A DNA stretch of 63,708 bases, counting the filler, from Saprolegnia diclina VS20 (lineage: Eukaryota), in NCBI RefSeq assembly GCF_000281045.1. It is 6 parts of 4 records of this genome, joined end to end, with 100 filler letters (N's around TTAATTAATTAA, not from the genome) between each part and the next. Parts side by side here need not be neighbours in the genome. Positions count along the whole stretch, not along the records: positions 62,539 to 63,708 come from NW_008246192.1; 5 more parts are not named here. One strand, given 5' to 3'. A program made the position numbers and the translations under genes. The notes below the pieces were generated by a model that ran no database searches, was not told the DNA's origin, and worked only from the letters and a program-made list of their open reading frames with translations. Position 1 is the stretch's first letter. Each line of letters begins with the position of its first letter. Positions 63,139-63,708 of this stretch are shown here, in pieces.

Positions 63139-63708
63139 CTCGAAACGTCGAGGATGCTTTTTTGCTATCGTCGAGCGTCCCGTTCAGTAGTATCAAGGGT
63201 CAATAATCAGATGGTGTCTCACGCCCGTCCAAGCCTGCGGGGGATGATCCAGCTAAAGCCTCCGTATCCGGATGGTAATTTTATGTTGTTTTTCATTAAA
63301 ATAGGCTCCGAGGCTGGCGACTCCCGCATGGGTCCCTGTGCATGTAGCGCCCAAAGCACAGCATGTTGCGGCGCATGAAGATAACCCGCGCGTGCGCTAA
63401 TTGTTTTATTATCAAATTGACCTTTTAAACGTGTGAAACGAATTCGTATAAGCTAAAAAAGCTCGCAAATAGTGCAAAGTCGGTCCGCCCTAGAATACAC
63501 AAACATGAAAATGGAGGTGTTTGGAAACGCGGACCCGAACGAAACTTTGCAGGCATATTCTCTACATTGTTTCACGTGCTCTCACGAAGTTATGTGCTTG
63601 GGCGGCCTCTCAAACACCCCCATCTTCCGCGACATCGCAAGCTCTAGGTTGCGTGCATTTAGCCAAATATCTTACGATCGCAGGCGAGCTTCATTTTTGA
63701 CGGACTAC

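Overview
Eukaryotic, intron-rich draft-assembly DNA, most likely from an oomycete of the Saprolegniales type. This is an inference from short (mostly ~45-60 nt) GT-AG introns, INR-FPR core promoters and FYVE-GAF / START-FYVE architectures. N gaps carry artificial TTAATTAATTAA spacers. Housekeeping-type genes: peroxisomal acyl-CoA oxidase, TMEM209, BTB/POZ protein, F-box/LRR protein, FYVE-GAF protein and a WW-domain protein. Accessory content: six ankyrin genes built largely from phase-0, 99-nt, one-repeat-per-exon modules, four of which form a co-oriented block (ANK-kinase, ANK-probable pseudokinase, ANK-only, ANK-TRP-like channel); a secreted PL1 pectin lyase; a pseudogenised 2OG-Fe(II) oxygenase-like gene; a KDZ-transposase-type fragment; a Tc1-like terminus; and a 670-bp inverted duplication. 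The strongest candidate for a new system is an intronless isocyanide synthase (DIT1/PvcA)-TauD dioxygenase fusion at 53011-54951, which suggests isonitrile natural-product biosynthesis in an oomycete. Exon boundaries and domain calls were read by eye; no database searches were run.
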